64,000 nucleotides of DNA from Camelus dromedarius. Taxonomy: Eukaryota. Positions within the stretch are counted from its first letter, which is position 1; each line of letters begins with the position of its first letter. The notes under the pieces were generated by a model. The model was not told the origin of the DNA, searched no databases, and saw only the letters and a list, made by a program, of their open reading frames with translations. Shown one piece after another: positions 40,040 through 53,699 of the stretch. The stretch covers positions 33,730,001 through 33,794,000 of the forward strand of contig NC_087447.1 in NCBI RefSeq assembly GCF_036321535.1, given 5' to 3'. Made by a program: the position numbers and the translations under genes.

Positions 40040-40800
40040 AAAGGAGTACAGTGAGAAAATCAAATATAGAATTAAATGTGCTCCCAGAGGGAGAAGAAAT
40101 AAAAGGGATAGAAAAAACATCTGAAGAGTAAAGGATGAGAATTTTCTGGAACTGATAGAAAGCATTAAGCCACAAACAAAATCCAATGAATCAGAAGCCT
40201 ATTTTCTAAAGAGAAATCCATACATGTACAGTAACACTTTTAGAAAATCAAAAACAAAAAGACAATCTTCAACAAAGACAGAGTACCTTCAATGAAATAG
40301 CAATTATCCTGACAGGTAACTTCTTAACAGTAATAATGGAAGCCAGAAGATAGCGGAACGGTATTTTCAAAGAACTAGAGTAGGGGTAGGCAAACTTTAT
40401 TAAGTTGCCAAATAAGAAATATTTTGAATTTGCAGGCCATACGATTCCTGTTGTAACTATTCAAGTGCTATTGTTGTTTGAATGCAGCAATAGACAGTGT
40501 ATAAATAAAGGAGTGTGACTATTCCCAACTTTATTTACAAAAGCAGGTCTTTTATTACAAAAAACAGCTTCACAGCTGAGGTTTATTATTGACTCATATC
40601 CTAGAGCAGTATCACTGTCAACCTGGAGTTCTATATGCAGAAAAAAAATGCCTCCAAGAGTAAAGGCAAAATTTATTTTCGAACCAACAAACACCATGCT
40701 GTTTGGCTAGAGCCACAAATGTACAATGAAGGAAATGTAGAATAGTTCAGGTGGAAGGAAAATGCTTCCAGCTTGTCAAGGAAATAGGAAGGAATGAGAA
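40040..40800 (+). mobile_element. Old L1 ORF1 remnant split by MER58
   Basis: cccagagggagaaga...gagaattttctggaactgat...aataatggaagccagaagatagcggaac...tgtcaacctggagttctata. Confidence 0.6.
40381..40550 (-). mobile_element. MER58A-like MITE inside an L1 ORF1 remnant
   Basis: aggggtaggcaaacttt...aaatattttg...gcaggccatacg...tttatttacaaaagcagg. Confidence 0.7.
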
Positions 40801-40839
40801 AAGAGAGTGGACATACGTGGGTGAGTGAATACAATCAGA

Positions 40840-42510
40840 CTGTCGAACCTCACTCACATGAGCCAAAGATTTTACCCAGTGTTAGGCTTTATAAATAATT
40901 TCAAAACTACAGGCAATTAAGAGGCTCAGACTAATCAGGGAGAAGTCTGGGACACGAAAGGCAACTTCTTTAATCTTTCCTTTCCTATATTAGGCATGCA
41001 TTCTGACCCAGAGTAGACAGGTATCCAAGTAAGGTGCATGGTTTATTAACTCACACAGTAAGGAGCTCTTCTCTACATACCAAACTGCTCCTACTTTTTC
41101 TGAGTCTCCTGATTACCTGTATCACTGAAATTATTAACGAAGCTTAATACTGAGTAATCTGGGTAATCAGGGTAATGAGATTTGTGAGTCTGATTTGAAA
41201 ATACTTTAGCTAGAGTAGTGCTATGAGGAGGACTCTCATGCAGATCCATGAATCACAAAGGCTAAGGCACTTCTCAGCCAGAAAAAGGAGGGGATTAAAA
41301 ACACATGAGGAGGAGCTAATCCTGGCATGGCTGCCTATACATCCTGGGTATGAAGTGGCAAAACTGAGATTCAGAGAAAGTGGCAACTAGCCTGATAGGG
41401 AGTAGCAGGCAGGTGGAAAGATAGTAAAAAAAAAAAAACCCAAAAAACTCCACTATCGGGCTGCTACTAGCATTTCTGAACAATGCCAGTCCTTTCAGAG
41501 AGGAGATGATGGCAAGAGAACAGACTGTAAGAACAGTTTTTCCTCTCATTGGAAGGCCTTCTTATGCTTATATGGCTACCTGGGGAGATGAAGTATCCAC
41601 TAGGAAAGTAGTCAAATTAAGGCTTTGGGTTACCCCCAAGATGATACAGATGGAGGAGGACAAGGTCAGAGGACTCCTGAGTGCTGATAGTATTCTGTGA
41701 AAGAGGACACTTCACAGAGACATAGCAGAAAATCACTACTGGCATGGATAAACAAGCAAGAGGACATTATCACTTATTTTGCATATGACTGAGAAGAAAG
41801 CATTACTTGGGTTGATGACAGATCCCTAAGAGGCTGTGGATAGAGGCTTCCAGGTGGTATGACAACTGAACTGCTACAGCCAGTAAAAACCGGGCAGGTA
41901 ACTGCCCTGCTTTCTCCACAACCCATAAGTAGAACAGTCCTCTAAAAAAGTAGGCATGGTATGAGTGCAAGTGTACTTACACTGGCTCTAGGATAACAGT
42001 ATAATTTAATGCTACGGACGGACAGAGTTATGACAGGTATGGAAATCAGCAACTCCTCACTCTTGATCACTTTATGTAATCTTGTTATTGGGAAGCCAAG
42101 AGAACATTCAGGAGGCAGAATATGATTATGTGTTCAATTACCAAGAACGGGATTGCATGACATTTTTGACATACCAAAAAAGGGGGCATCAATAGGAGAA
42201 AAGATGGGGGGTGTGGGTGGGGAACAAAACCCAGCTCACTGAGAGGGGAGTATAGATTGCTTTTGAAAAGTGGTCTGAAAAGAGGAATTAGGTAACATTT
42301 TTCCTGAGTTATTAACAAGCTTTGTAGAGAATGGTTCAAATCCTGGCAGTCATTAGGGTCTTCACAGGCTTATTATTCTTTGCAGAAATTATGGCAGAAA
42401 TTGTTGTAGAATTAAAGATACCTGAGAAATATATGGCAAAGAGATACTGACAAAGGTCAGAAGGTAGACTAAGGAAGAAGCTGTTAAAACAGCTGACCTG
42501 TGGATCCCCT
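40840..42510. mobile_element. Possible decayed ERVL/MaLR-type LTR plus internal sequence
   Basis: About 1.7 kb with higher GC and purine bias, no L1/L2 hallmarks and no intact ORF; family not recognised with certainty. Confidence 0.3.
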
Positions 42511-42584
42511 GGATGAATTATCCACTAAAAATGCCTTAATGACCTTGCACTGTCTGGGAGGAGGTTAGATGTATTAACAATACA

Positions 42585-43250
42585 CTTTGATATATTTTAA
42601 TTTTCAATGTCTAAGTATTTCATGTTCTTTACAGAAATACAACTGATTTTTATACATTAATTACGTATTCAGCTCCTTGATACTTTTATTTTGGTAATAA
42701 CTTATTTATAGTTTATTTCTGATGTCTGTGTTCATAATATATTATTAGGGAATTATTATTTTTCCTTCATTTCCAATTCTTACACCTTTCTTTTCATTGC
42801 CCTGCTCTACTGTCCAGGATTCACAGTGCTGAATAGAAAAGGGATAGCAAGTATCCCTGCCCTGTTCCTAAACTTAAAGTGAATGCTTTCAACGTTTCAT
42901 CATGCTGTGGGCTTTAGTTTTTGTTTTTGTAGATACTCTATATCATGTTAAGATATTCTAGCTCTTATCTACTAAGAATTTTAATATATAGATACATTGA
43001 ATACATATGGAATTTCATCAGACTTTTTTCTTGCATCTATTGAGATATCTCAGATTTTTCTGGTTGATTTTTCTCATATTTAACCAACCTTGTATTCCTG
43101 GGGTAAACCTTATCTTCCAATATATTGCTCAATTAGTTTTCTAATATTTTGAATAGGATGTCTGCATATATGTTCATGAAAGACTGACCTGTAATTTTCT
43201 GTTCTAATGCCTTAGTAGAGTTTTGGTATAAACGTTATATTGGTCGCATA
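42585..43250 (-). mobile_element. Old L1 ORF2 fragment
   Basis: gctgaatagaaaagggatagcaagtatccctgccctgttcct...gcatctattgagata...aaccaaccttgtattcctgggg. Confidence 0.7.
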
Positions 43251-43269
43251 TATGGATGCTAGATTCCTC

Positions 43270-44390
43270 ACAAAGATGATAGTGTGAAGAGAGGAAAGAA
43301 TAGTCTTAAACTGGGACAACTAGGTCATTTAAACAGATTACCAAAAAAAAAAAAACCTTAAATAAATAAATGAATGAATAAATAAATAAATAAAACCAGA
43401 TCACTACTTTATACCCATACATAAAAAACAACACTTAGTAGATTACACATCTAAATGTAAAACATAAAAGTATAAAGTTTTACAAGACAACGTAGGATCA
43501 CATCTCCATAAGGTTTGTCACCCAAGTCACAAATAGTGGCAACCATAAACAAGAATGATGCTACTTGAAAATTGAGAATTTCATCAAAAGACACTATGAA
43601 GAGAGTGAAAAGGCAAGAAAGAACAAGACTTTCGCATTACATAAAACCTATAAAGAACTCAAGACTTAAAAACGTAAAGATTGCCTACAAATAAATAAAA
43701 GAAGGCCCAACTCAGTGGAAACCCGAGCAGACGATGTAAACAGGTATTTCATAGAAAAGGAAATCCAAATGTCCAATAATCACACAAAAATGTGCTTAGC
43801 CTCATTAACAATCACAGAAATGCAAATTAAAAGTGCAATGAGATACTGCTACATAATCAACTGGAAAAAAATTTTAAAGGCAGGCAATACCAATCAGAAC
43901 TGTTATATACTATTGGTAGAAATATAAATTGGTATAATCACTTCGGAAAACAGCCTGGCAATGTCGAGAAAATGTGAAGTTATGTATACCCCAAAGCCTG
44001 CAATTCTGTTTGTAAGTATATACCAGGCATATGTATAAAATAATGTTGAGCCAAACAAGCTAGACAAAAAGAATGCATAATACATGATTTTTATTTATTT
44101 AAAGATCAAAACTGAATAAACTGAACTACTTTAAATAGATTCCTGTTTAAGTCGTTAAAATATAAAGCAAAGCAAGGAAGTGATTACCATCAAAGCCAGG
44201 ATGGTAGTCACCTCAATCAGGCAGGGACAGCATCTGACTAAGAAAGGGCGAATGGAGGTGAGAGGAATTCTGAACTGCTGGTAATGCTCTATTTCCTATT
44301 ATTTATCCATACTTACACATATCATAACAGGTAATTTACGTGTTATGCAATTTTTAATATGTATATTTCACACAAAGGTAAAAAAGATAA
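43270..44390 (+). mobile_element. Old L1 (L1ME-like) ORF2 end and 3' UTR
   Basis: ORF 43715..43927 NRYFIEKEIQMSNNH.KMC.ASL.I.EMQIK; L1ME-type 3' UTR follows. Confidence 0.75.
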
Positions 44391-45169
44391 GTATGTTTAT
44401 CTCAGATCTGAGTTTCTTCAAAGAGGCATTTAATAAAATTCTGATGAAATTGCTGCAGTTGCTTACTGTTCACTAAAATATTTATTCAGGCTTTAACAAC
44501 TACAAACACTTCAAAGGAACAAAAAGCAATCTTCTTAAAAGAGCAAAATGTACTCACTGCCTAGAAATATCTTCAGAATGCTTATGCTGAAACAAGATGT
44601 GTCCTGTAAAAGGCCATCTGCTCGGGCTGTTTATTGTCTGCTGCAAGTCATAATCCTATCTGCATCAGTAATTACTTGTCCAAATATAAATGTAACTGGA
44701 AAGATTAAGATTTCAGGGAATACACACGAAAAAAGATAAAGGCCGTAACTCCCGTAATTCTGTATTAAAACATAGCAACACAGATACCACTCACACAGAT
44801 AACCCCCTTTATGAGACTGCTCATCTTAATCACCACCTGATTTAGCATTCATGAAAAAAACTATAGATTTTACTTTTCTCAAGTGGACAATGACTAAACC
44901 TTACTTTAGCATAAAAGCATTCCAAACAATTCTATCTCCGGAAACACCTGCTCAAAAACTAGCATAGCCTTAACCTACAGGAATACGACATTGTAATAAA
45001 AAGGGTATGTCACATAAGTCTCCTAACTAATGCAATGAACACTGAAATTATCAATTTTTCTGAGTGGAAACTTTGTTAGAACAACAAACACTATCCTATG
45101 TTATTCCCTTAAAGTAATTTCTTGAATTTCATGCTACAGGGACATCATCATGATTAACTGTCTAATACT

Positions 45170-45380
45170 AGGCATATAGAAATAAAAGATACAGTCTATG
45201 CATGTAAGAACGTGGTGTAAAGGAGACAGAACAGTAAGAACGTAGGGTACATATTACAGGAGCTCATATAATAAGCCTTTAATTAAGTGGGTGACATCTG
45301 AGCTTCATCAGGAAAAGACAGAGCATCTACAAAAGGCAGAGGAGTAAAGGAGGGTGCCCCATCTCCATGTGCGCAAACTG

Positions 45381-45414
<34 letters not shown>

Positions 45415-45640
45415 AGAGAAATCACAAATTTGAAGAACTATAAATAGGTTAGTATGATTAGAGCAGTAAGACGCAGTATGTGGTGACAAAGCTGGGAGAC
45501 AGAGGTGATGTTAAGGAGTCTGGATTTTATTTAAAGACAGTGAGGAGCCAATTCAGGATTTTTAGAATGGGAAACAGAATTAAATTTGTAATGTACCTCT
45601 GTCTAGTACGATTTTGATTAAAAAAACACAGTCTAGGCTC
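45170..45640 (-). mobile_element. LINE-2 remnant with internal (TG)n
   Basis: gggtgacatctgagct...gttaaggagtctggattttatttaaagacagtgaggagcca. Confidence 0.6.
45383..45410 (+). repeat. (TG)14 microsatellite
   Basis: Perfect dinucleotide run read directly. Confidence 0.95.
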
Positions 45641-46981
45641 TAAGGAAGCACATGGGCTAGGAGGGAGACAGATGTGCAAACAGCATAAAGGACCGTACAA
45701 TGAACACCTTCTCAAGTAAGTGGAATTTAAAGTTGGTGATAAAATGATTATAAAGTTCATCTAGAAGAATACAGGGGTGATAACTATTTTTCGAAAAGCA
45801 TATTTGGGGGGTGGGGAGGGCAGAGAAGGAATGCCCTGATATAAAAACAGACAAGGAACAATATTACTTTGCTTTCAGTTCACTATGGCATCCAAGCATA
45901 CATATTTCTCTCTTGTTCCCCAAGCACAATGCAATAACAATAAAGTAATACAAAATGTAATAAATTGATAAATGCGTGGAAATTTTAGAAGGTAGTCTCA
46001 GAGAACTGAAGATTCTAATAACTTAGTGGGGAGAAAAGGGGAATTAAATCATTTGGTAAACTTGGGAAGACGTCCAGTGCTCAGGACACACATCAGAGAA
46101 GACTACAGTGGAGGTAGGAGCCTTTCTTCACAACATAAATTCCTGGAGTCAAGAGGTATATAAAGTGAAGTGACAAAGGGACTGAAAAATCAAAGGAAAA
46201 ATGGTCCAGAACAGATCTCTCTCCCTACTCTGGAGGGAGATGAGACAAAACCCATACCAGTTACCTTTGTGACATAACCTAGCCCTCCATTCATACATGT
46301 AAACAAAACAAGAACCCTTAACTACCTGAGACAGAGGGTACGATGTAAGAACACTCCATAAACGATAAATACTACCAGGCATATAATTTCAATGCAGGAG
46401 CCAGACTTGGAATCAGAACAAGCTATTCCAGGCTGCCTCCCTCCCAAAGGCATCATTGGTCTTTATAGGTATGCAGCTGTGGAATTACTAACACTGAGGA
46501 CATTTATTGTTTAAAATTAGCAACAGCACAGCTTCTAATACAATGAAAAAAATGAGGAAAGGGTAATCTGGATTTCAGTCTTTGGTGTTGAAGATTTATT
46601 TACCTGACTGGATGTTTGACGAACCGAGTATTGAAAATTCATTCATTCATTCATTAGGTATTTCTTTCTTCCTTTTTTTATTTGAAGGGGAGGAGAATTG
46701 GCAGGGAAATCAATCTGGCTGCACTAACAGTGGTAAGAGAGAGCCTTTGGAAGCAAAGACAAAGTACAAATAACTAAACCACTTATGTGCAGATGCATTG
46801 ATTCAGGTGGGAAATGTAAGATTGTGAATTAAGGTATGCATTTAAGAACATCAATGTAGAAAAAGGACAGACTTGAGAAACATTAATGATTCTCAATTAA
46901 GAGGATTCTATCTCCAACAAGTATGCTGCTATAAAGGAGATGGGACGGTCAAGCACGAATCTCAGGTTTCCAATTCTGAAC

Positions 46982-47514
46982 TGTGAGAAGAGTTAATGCA
47001 GGTCTGTTCTCTTAGTTCTTACTCTCTCTAACCATGGCAGTAATTCTTGATCAAACCCTAAGAACAAAACTCTTGAACATTCACACTGTTACTGGCTAAT
47101 GATGCTACTCCACAGCATCTGAAGTTGTGGACCAAGACAAACCCAGAGGACAGCATGTCTGAAGTCAGCATAAAGATTCCTGATATGCACCTGGTGCCTG
47201 ACATGAGTTTGCACAATTCTCTCTTTGAGAACCACAGGCTCGAAGACTCAAGCAAACTTCCTTGGGTAGACACATCTCACATGTAGTTCCAGCTAGAGGG
47301 AAAAGTACATCTTGTGTGATTCCTGCAGAGAAGAAAGGATTTTGTGGGAGCCTTGTACATGACTTCTTTACTGACAGGTATCCTATTCTTGCTGTCCCCG
47401 GACTGTATCCTTTGTTGTAATAAATCTTAGCTGTGAACACAACTTCACACTGAGTCATGTGAGTTCTTCCAGTGAACCACTGAACTAGTGCATAGTCATG
47501 GGAACCCCAAGACA
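46982..47514 (+). mobile_element. Solo LTR, MER68/MER21-like (ERVL-type), inserted in an L2 remnant
   Basis: TG...CA termini, internal GTAATAAATC polyadenylation region, 3' end GAGTCATGTGAGTTCTTCCAGTGAACCACTGAAC...GGGAACCCCAAGACA. Confidence 0.7.
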
Positions 47515-49184
47515 GGACCACTGAATGGATGGGAAATTAAGGGGGTGGTAGGGTGGGAGAAAAAAATGCATTTAGCTTCCATGTAAGGTGTCTTGATTAC
47601 CTTCATTACCTTCACTAGAAGGCTTCTGGAGTAGCAATTTTTTTCTAACCATTTTAGCTTCATCGGTGGTTCAAAGTTGTATTTAGCTTTTAACTTACTC
47701 TTCTATGATATTCCTATTAAATTTAGAAACAAAATATGAAGAACACCCCTTACTTCAAGAATTTAACCTGGTGTATTTTGTGATCTTGTTAGAAATCTTA
47801 CATATACCACCATCTTTAAAATCATTATGTTAAGTTACTTTATTCTTCTCAAAAACCTTTTACTAAGTATCTACACCATGTATAAGACATTTTGTTAGGT
47901 GTTAGGGATAAAAATATTAAGAAAATAAAGCTCCTGTCCTAGAATCTAGAGGACACTTACACAAACATGACAGCAGATCAAAATATTCTTTAGGCTTTTC
48001 TGAATGTTTCATTTCTAACAGTATTCTTCTGGCAATATAAAAGATGGCATCTTTAATGTCATCCTGAGAGTGAAAGTACTGCATTATAGTCATATGATGG
48101 ATCAACCTTCTCATAAAAACTCCTCTGCAATGACATCCGGAAGTCTGAATAATGAGCTGTTCCATGGCTGAGTCAATGAGAAACCAAAGGCAGCCAGAGT
48201 AATGGTGAAAATATTACCAGAAGCTACCTCTGCTTCCTGAGGGGGAACCCTGGATACAATTGTCTGGCAACTGAATAGCTTTGCTATCCTTAGGTAAGTT
48301 TATGTTTCTGAGATGATCATTCACTGCAGAGTTCGAATATGACAGCGAAAATAAGAAACAACTTCTCATTCTTTCCATATATCACTTTAAGTTCTATTTG
48401 CCCCTGTGAATATAATATCTTTGAAAGTCCACAGTCTACTTTATTCATGTCTGCAGCCTCAGAACCACAAGCCTGACCACCTTCTTAAGCCCTAATTTAT
48501 ATATATATAATTTATTTATATTCATAAGATTTATAAATAAGCCCTAATATAAATGTCAGTTTACATTAGAATCAAAACTTACTCCATTCTAAACTCAATT
48601 TTTTAGAAAAGTTAGATCTTTTAAATAAAGAAAAGATAAAAATTATTTCATCATTATTTTGGACACAATTCAAGGACTGTAAGTTGAACATATTTAAAAG
48701 AAGAGTGAAACATGTATTTGAAAAGCATTCACGTTTTACAATTTAAAGTGCTTTTTTATAGATGTAAGCTTATGGAGTTTTATAGGAATCCTGCTGTGTA
48801 TAGATTTCTCACAGACAAAGAAGCCTCAGAATTGCTAAAGACAATTCATACATAGCCTGCTAATCAGAAGAGCTGTTTTCAGCAACGGTGATAGTTCCAG
48901 AAAGCCCCAATATGCATTTATACACAAGTACAAGAGAAGCTGAGAGCAGACTTCAAGGGAGGAGAGTAAATACAGAATAAAACTGGCTAATGCTTGATGT
49001 TTCATGGTATAAAATAGAAACTATGAAACAGAAAGAATACAGAAAAGAGAATCGTTATATGTTGATGAGATAACTGTAAGAAATGATCACTTTAGAAACA
49101 TCACCAACCAAACACAGTATTATTTGAGGTCCTGGTTCTAAACCAAACATACCACTATAACTATCAATCAATATTTTTATAATT

Positions 49185-49420
49185 ACTGCTAACATTTAGT
49201 AAGCAGTGACATGTCAGCCACTTTGCAAAGCACCATAAATGGATTCAATCCATGTAATACTCTTGTGAGATGGATACTACCATCAACCCCATTTTATAAA
49301 TGAAAAAACTAGGGTTAAAGAATTTAAGCAATTTGCCCATTCTCATAAAGCTAGTTAGTCAAAAAGCCAAAATCAGAAATCAAGCCGTGTGGTTCCAGAT
49401 GCTGAGAAAAGTATGCATTT
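49185..49420 (-). mobile_element. MIR SINE
   Basis: ccccattttataaatgaaaaaactagggttaaagaatttaagcaatttgccca. Confidence 0.65.
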
Positions 49421-49734
49421 CTGCCTCCTCAACTGGTAGAATAATGAGCCAGTAAATGCTGGGGATGCTAACAATAAACCGTTTCCTGCGTATTTTTTCA
49501 CAGATACATTCATAAACAGGAGAACAGAGGTTGTTTCACTCCACAGCGTAAATTTCAAAGTTCTGAACAGGAGACAAAGGAGAGATGGAAAGAGCTAACT
49601 TCTCACAATATAAAAAAGGCAAATGAAAACACTGTTGGCTTATCCAAAACAAAAAGCCCTGATTTTTAAACTCTATAGGTTCTAAGTAAAGCAAACTATT
49701 GAATGCAACCAATACATGCCCTAGAAGCGGTTAA

Positions 49735-49950
49735 ATGGAGACACAGCATGGTAAATTGGCTGTGAGGACAGACTACGGAGTCAGGCTGCCTAGGATCTAG
49801 TCCTGGCCCCACTACAAACAGGGAGAGTTACTTAAACTCTGTGCCTCAATTTCTTAATTTCTATGATAAAAATAATAATATACTGTTTTTGTGCCTACCT
49901 CAAAAGAAATTCAATAGAAAGTACTAAGTCAGTGTTAGCAACTTTTATTA
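49735..49950 (+). mobile_element. MIR SINE
   Basis: ggagtcaggctgcctagg...gttacttaaactctgtgcctcaatttc...gcctacctca. Confidence 0.7.
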
Positions 49951-50024
49951 TTAAACTGAAGTACCTAAAATTGAGTGCTAAGCCATTTTCAATAAATGCT
50001 TTCATGCAAAAGTTCCATATGCTC

Positions 50025-50212
50025 ACTATATATAAAAATAGATTTAAAAAAAGCTTCTTCTATATAGCACAGGGAACTATGTTCAATATCTTGTAATAAC
50101 CTTTAATGAAAAAGAATATGAAAACAAATATATGCATATATATGAATGACTGGGACATTGTGCTGTATACCAGAAATTGACACATTGTAACTGATGGTAC
50201 TTCAATTAAAAA
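50025..50212 (+). mobile_element. Short L1 3' UTR end with A-tail
   Basis: tatagcacagggaactatgttcaatatcttgtaataacc...; decayed TSD AAAAGTTCCATATGCTC (50008-50024) / AAAAGTTCCACACACTC (50213-50229). Confidence 0.8.
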
Positions 50213-50809
50213 AAAAGTTCCACACACTCCAGCACTAAATTTTATACACAATGTATCTGAATATAATCATCGTATAAACACATTTCTAAAAAAGTCACTA
50301 AGATTCAGGGTTTCTGTGAAATACAATGAAAACAAAACAAAATAAGATGAGTGTTACCACTATCCTTTTCCTTTCTTTCCATAAAGGAATTAAAATGAGA
50401 GCATATCTAGTCTCACCTTGTAGAAATCAAAAAATGACAAATACATAAATGGATATGGTCTTTCATAAGGTTAGAACTTCTAACAGAAATATCTTACCAT
50501 AATCTTACAATCAACCAATAAATTTTTGATAATCTGGAACAACTGCTTCTTTGGGATAGTGGTTGTCACATCTGTTTGGATGGCAATGCACAAGCACAAG
50601 CAAGTGAGGGTGCTCTTTACAGAACCTCCAAAATGATGATGTTGTACTTAATGGCAAAATAAGAAATAAAAAACTCCACTAGATTGTGGAACTGCATATA
50701 TGCATGCATATTCTCCAATATGAAAACCATAACCACAAACCTCCAACTATGAAAAATCTAAGCAAGATCAATGTAACTTTTCCATTAACACTAATTTGGT
50801 CCTTGTTAA

Positions 50810-51080
50810 TAATAACAGTAGCTAACTTCTGAATACCCAGTACGTGCCAGGGCAAGCAACACGGCAAAGAGATGTATGTGCATATCTTATTCACAGCTTG
50901 TTTATCTTACTCATAACCACATGAGGTAGTCATTATTATTTTCATTTTGACAGTGAAACAACTGAGGTTTCAAAGAGGTTAGATATAATTTAACTGAAAT
51001 TCAAATAACAGGTAAGGGGCAGAGCAAGGACTCAAACCCAAGTATGACTCGAACCTTGTGCTCGCAACCAGAACACTATA
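50810..51080 (-). mobile_element. MIR SINE
   Basis: tacgtgccagg...atgaggtag...cattttgacagtgaaacaactgagg...ggcagagcaaggactcaaaccca. Confidence 0.75.
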
Positions 51081-51224
51081 CTTCTACATTATGTGATAAA
51101 ATCTAAAAATTTAAACATTTTACCTAATTATATTTAAATTTTATATGACTCAGAAACAATCAATGTTAATCAATTTTAAGAACAGAACGTATCAGTGAGA
51201 GGACCATCCAAGAATCACTGCTGA

Positions 51225-51444
51225 GATTCTAATGTAAGCATGTTGAGTTAAGAGAGTAGATCTTAAATGTTTTCACCACGAAAAAAGAAATAGTAATTAT
51301 TTCATGTTACACAATTGAGGGATTAGCAAATGCTCTGGTGGTAATCATTCTGCAGTATATTAACGTATCAAAGCAATACATCCTATACCTTAAATTCATA
51401 CAATGCTGTATGTCAATTATATCTCAGTATAGCTGGCGGGGGGG
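51225..51444 (+). mobile_element. L1MA-like 3' end
   Basis: aagagagtagatcttaaatgttttcaccac...ggtggtaatcatt...tatgtcaattatatctc; flank AAGAATCACTG at 51210-51220 and 51445-51455. Confidence 0.75.
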
Positions 51445-52147
51445 AAGAATCACTGAGAAGCCTGCTATTAAAATTATTCTGGAAATTACTCCAAAGTTCC
51501 AAATGTAAGGTGCTGTGGTTAAGCACATGGCTGACAAAATCTAGTTCTGTAAATTATAGTTCAAATAAAGGCCCTCTTACTAGGATCTTAAAGTCAATTA
51601 CTGATCAATTAACCTTAATCTAACTTAATTCCTCAAAGAAAGGAAATATTTTTAGACAATAAAATTAACTTTTAGAGGATAAACTAAATCCACTCCAACT
51701 TATTTGTAGCCATTTTGGAATTTACTGATCTTAATTTGAAAAGGTACAAGGGCTAGTGTTGTCAAAAAGAAAAAGGTAACTCTTAAGTCTTTTTAGCCGA
51801 ATTGCTATTTGCTAAAGGAAATGTTACTGATATGTTGAGTTTTGTAGAGTCCTCAAGCAATATTATCCTACATGTCAATGATTTCTAATTTTATATTATT
51901 AGCATATTTATAGCCATAATTGGAAGGACTGAAAACTATATAAAAATAATTATCATTGATTAAGAGTAAAAAGATCATTCATAGCTCAAACATGTCTAGC
52001 TCAACCCAACTTAAAATCTTATTACTCTGGAATGAATTTTTACTAAAAGACAAGTATCTTGGGTCTGCATTAGAGAGCTATTAAAGACAAAACCTGTTAA
52101 CCACCAAATTTAAAAATAATCTTCAATCAAGCCTTAAAATGCATCTA

Positions 52148-52321
<174 letters not shown>

Positions 52322-53149
52322 TCACATATATTATGATGTTTCTGGCTAGGAACAGACCACAAAAACTTTAACTTTACCAATCAAATATGGTAATTTCGAT
52401 TTGGGGAAACTGAAGATACCATTATAATGAGTAATTTTAAATTCGTAACAGTGTATTTGGCCATAGTCTGCTGTAATCAGATGCAACAATGTAAATTTAA
52501 AGAATGTTTTATATGAAGTAAGCAATTTCCATAGACTTCTTAATAGAAAAGTAGCCTATTTTTTATTTCCTTATTGTATGTATGCTCGAATTAAGGCTTA
52601 ATAATTCTAAATTTTAACAGAAATAAGCTTTCTCAAGTTTGAGTGGCAGGAATTAACTTAAACAGAAGAGCCTGATCCAATACAATTAAAAAATGGTTAT
52701 AAAGGAATCATGGATGGAGAATATTGTCACATCCCTTCCACTTCCAAACTTAAATATTAAACTCATTTTATTAATATATGTACAATAAAAACAAATTGGC
52801 TTCTATAATTCAGTAACTTGAGAATTTAAGTTTTAAAAATGATATTCATCATCTCTGGTGAAAGTAACAAGAAGAACCAAAGTTTGAGATGTTATTGGGG
52901 ATAGGTAGGGAGCAATTATTTCTAAATCAAGAACTTCATATGGTTCTTCCCAGAATAGTATATAGTGAAACCTACTTGGCTCACAGTAAAAAACAAAAAC
53001 AATTACCAAGGAAACATCTTAAGCAAAATACTCAGAGATACACTAGAAATTACTGAAAACACTAGTGCCTCAAGTCTTTCATTATCAATGGCCTAAAATC
53101 CTATACACTTGTCCCAAAATATGAAACTAGTTCTGTATTTGACTATAAG

Positions 53150-53660
53150 TATTCACTGAGCATTAGTAAGTGCAGGCACTGAGCATTACCAAGTGCAGGC
53201 ACTGATCATGGTGACGGAGTACAGCAACAAACAAGACCAAGTGCCTATCTTACTGGTGCTTCAAATCTTGTGGGAGAGATAGATAATGAGAGACAAAGAA
53301 TATAGAATAATGTCAGATAGTGGTGTTATAAAAAAAACTCAGCCACCAGAGCAGAGGTCAGAGCAAGGCAGAGAGGATACACTCTTTCAGAATTTTAGGT
53401 AGGTCTGCAAATACTTCTCCAATATGTATGAGCAGAGAACTGAATGAAATAAAGGAAGTCTGCCATGCAAAGATCTGGGGTAAGTGCCTTCTAGCCATGG
53501 AGGATATTAAATGCAAGGCACAAGATTCCAGGCAAAGCAAGAAGGCCAGCATAGTTGAGCTGGGTGAAAAGGGTTGCTTGGAGGTGAGATCAAGGTTAAG
53601 CAGGGGTCAGAGCACATAAAGCCCTTGGGTTATATTCTGAATAACAGGAAGCTACTGTAA
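53150..53660 (-). mobile_element. LINE-2 remnant
   Basis: tattcactgagca...gcaggcactg...aacaagaccaagtgcct...gccatgcaaagatctgggg...gaaggccagcatagttgag. Confidence 0.75.
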
Positions 53661-53699
53661 GAAAAACAGAACTAGAATTAATAATCTATTATGTTGTTC

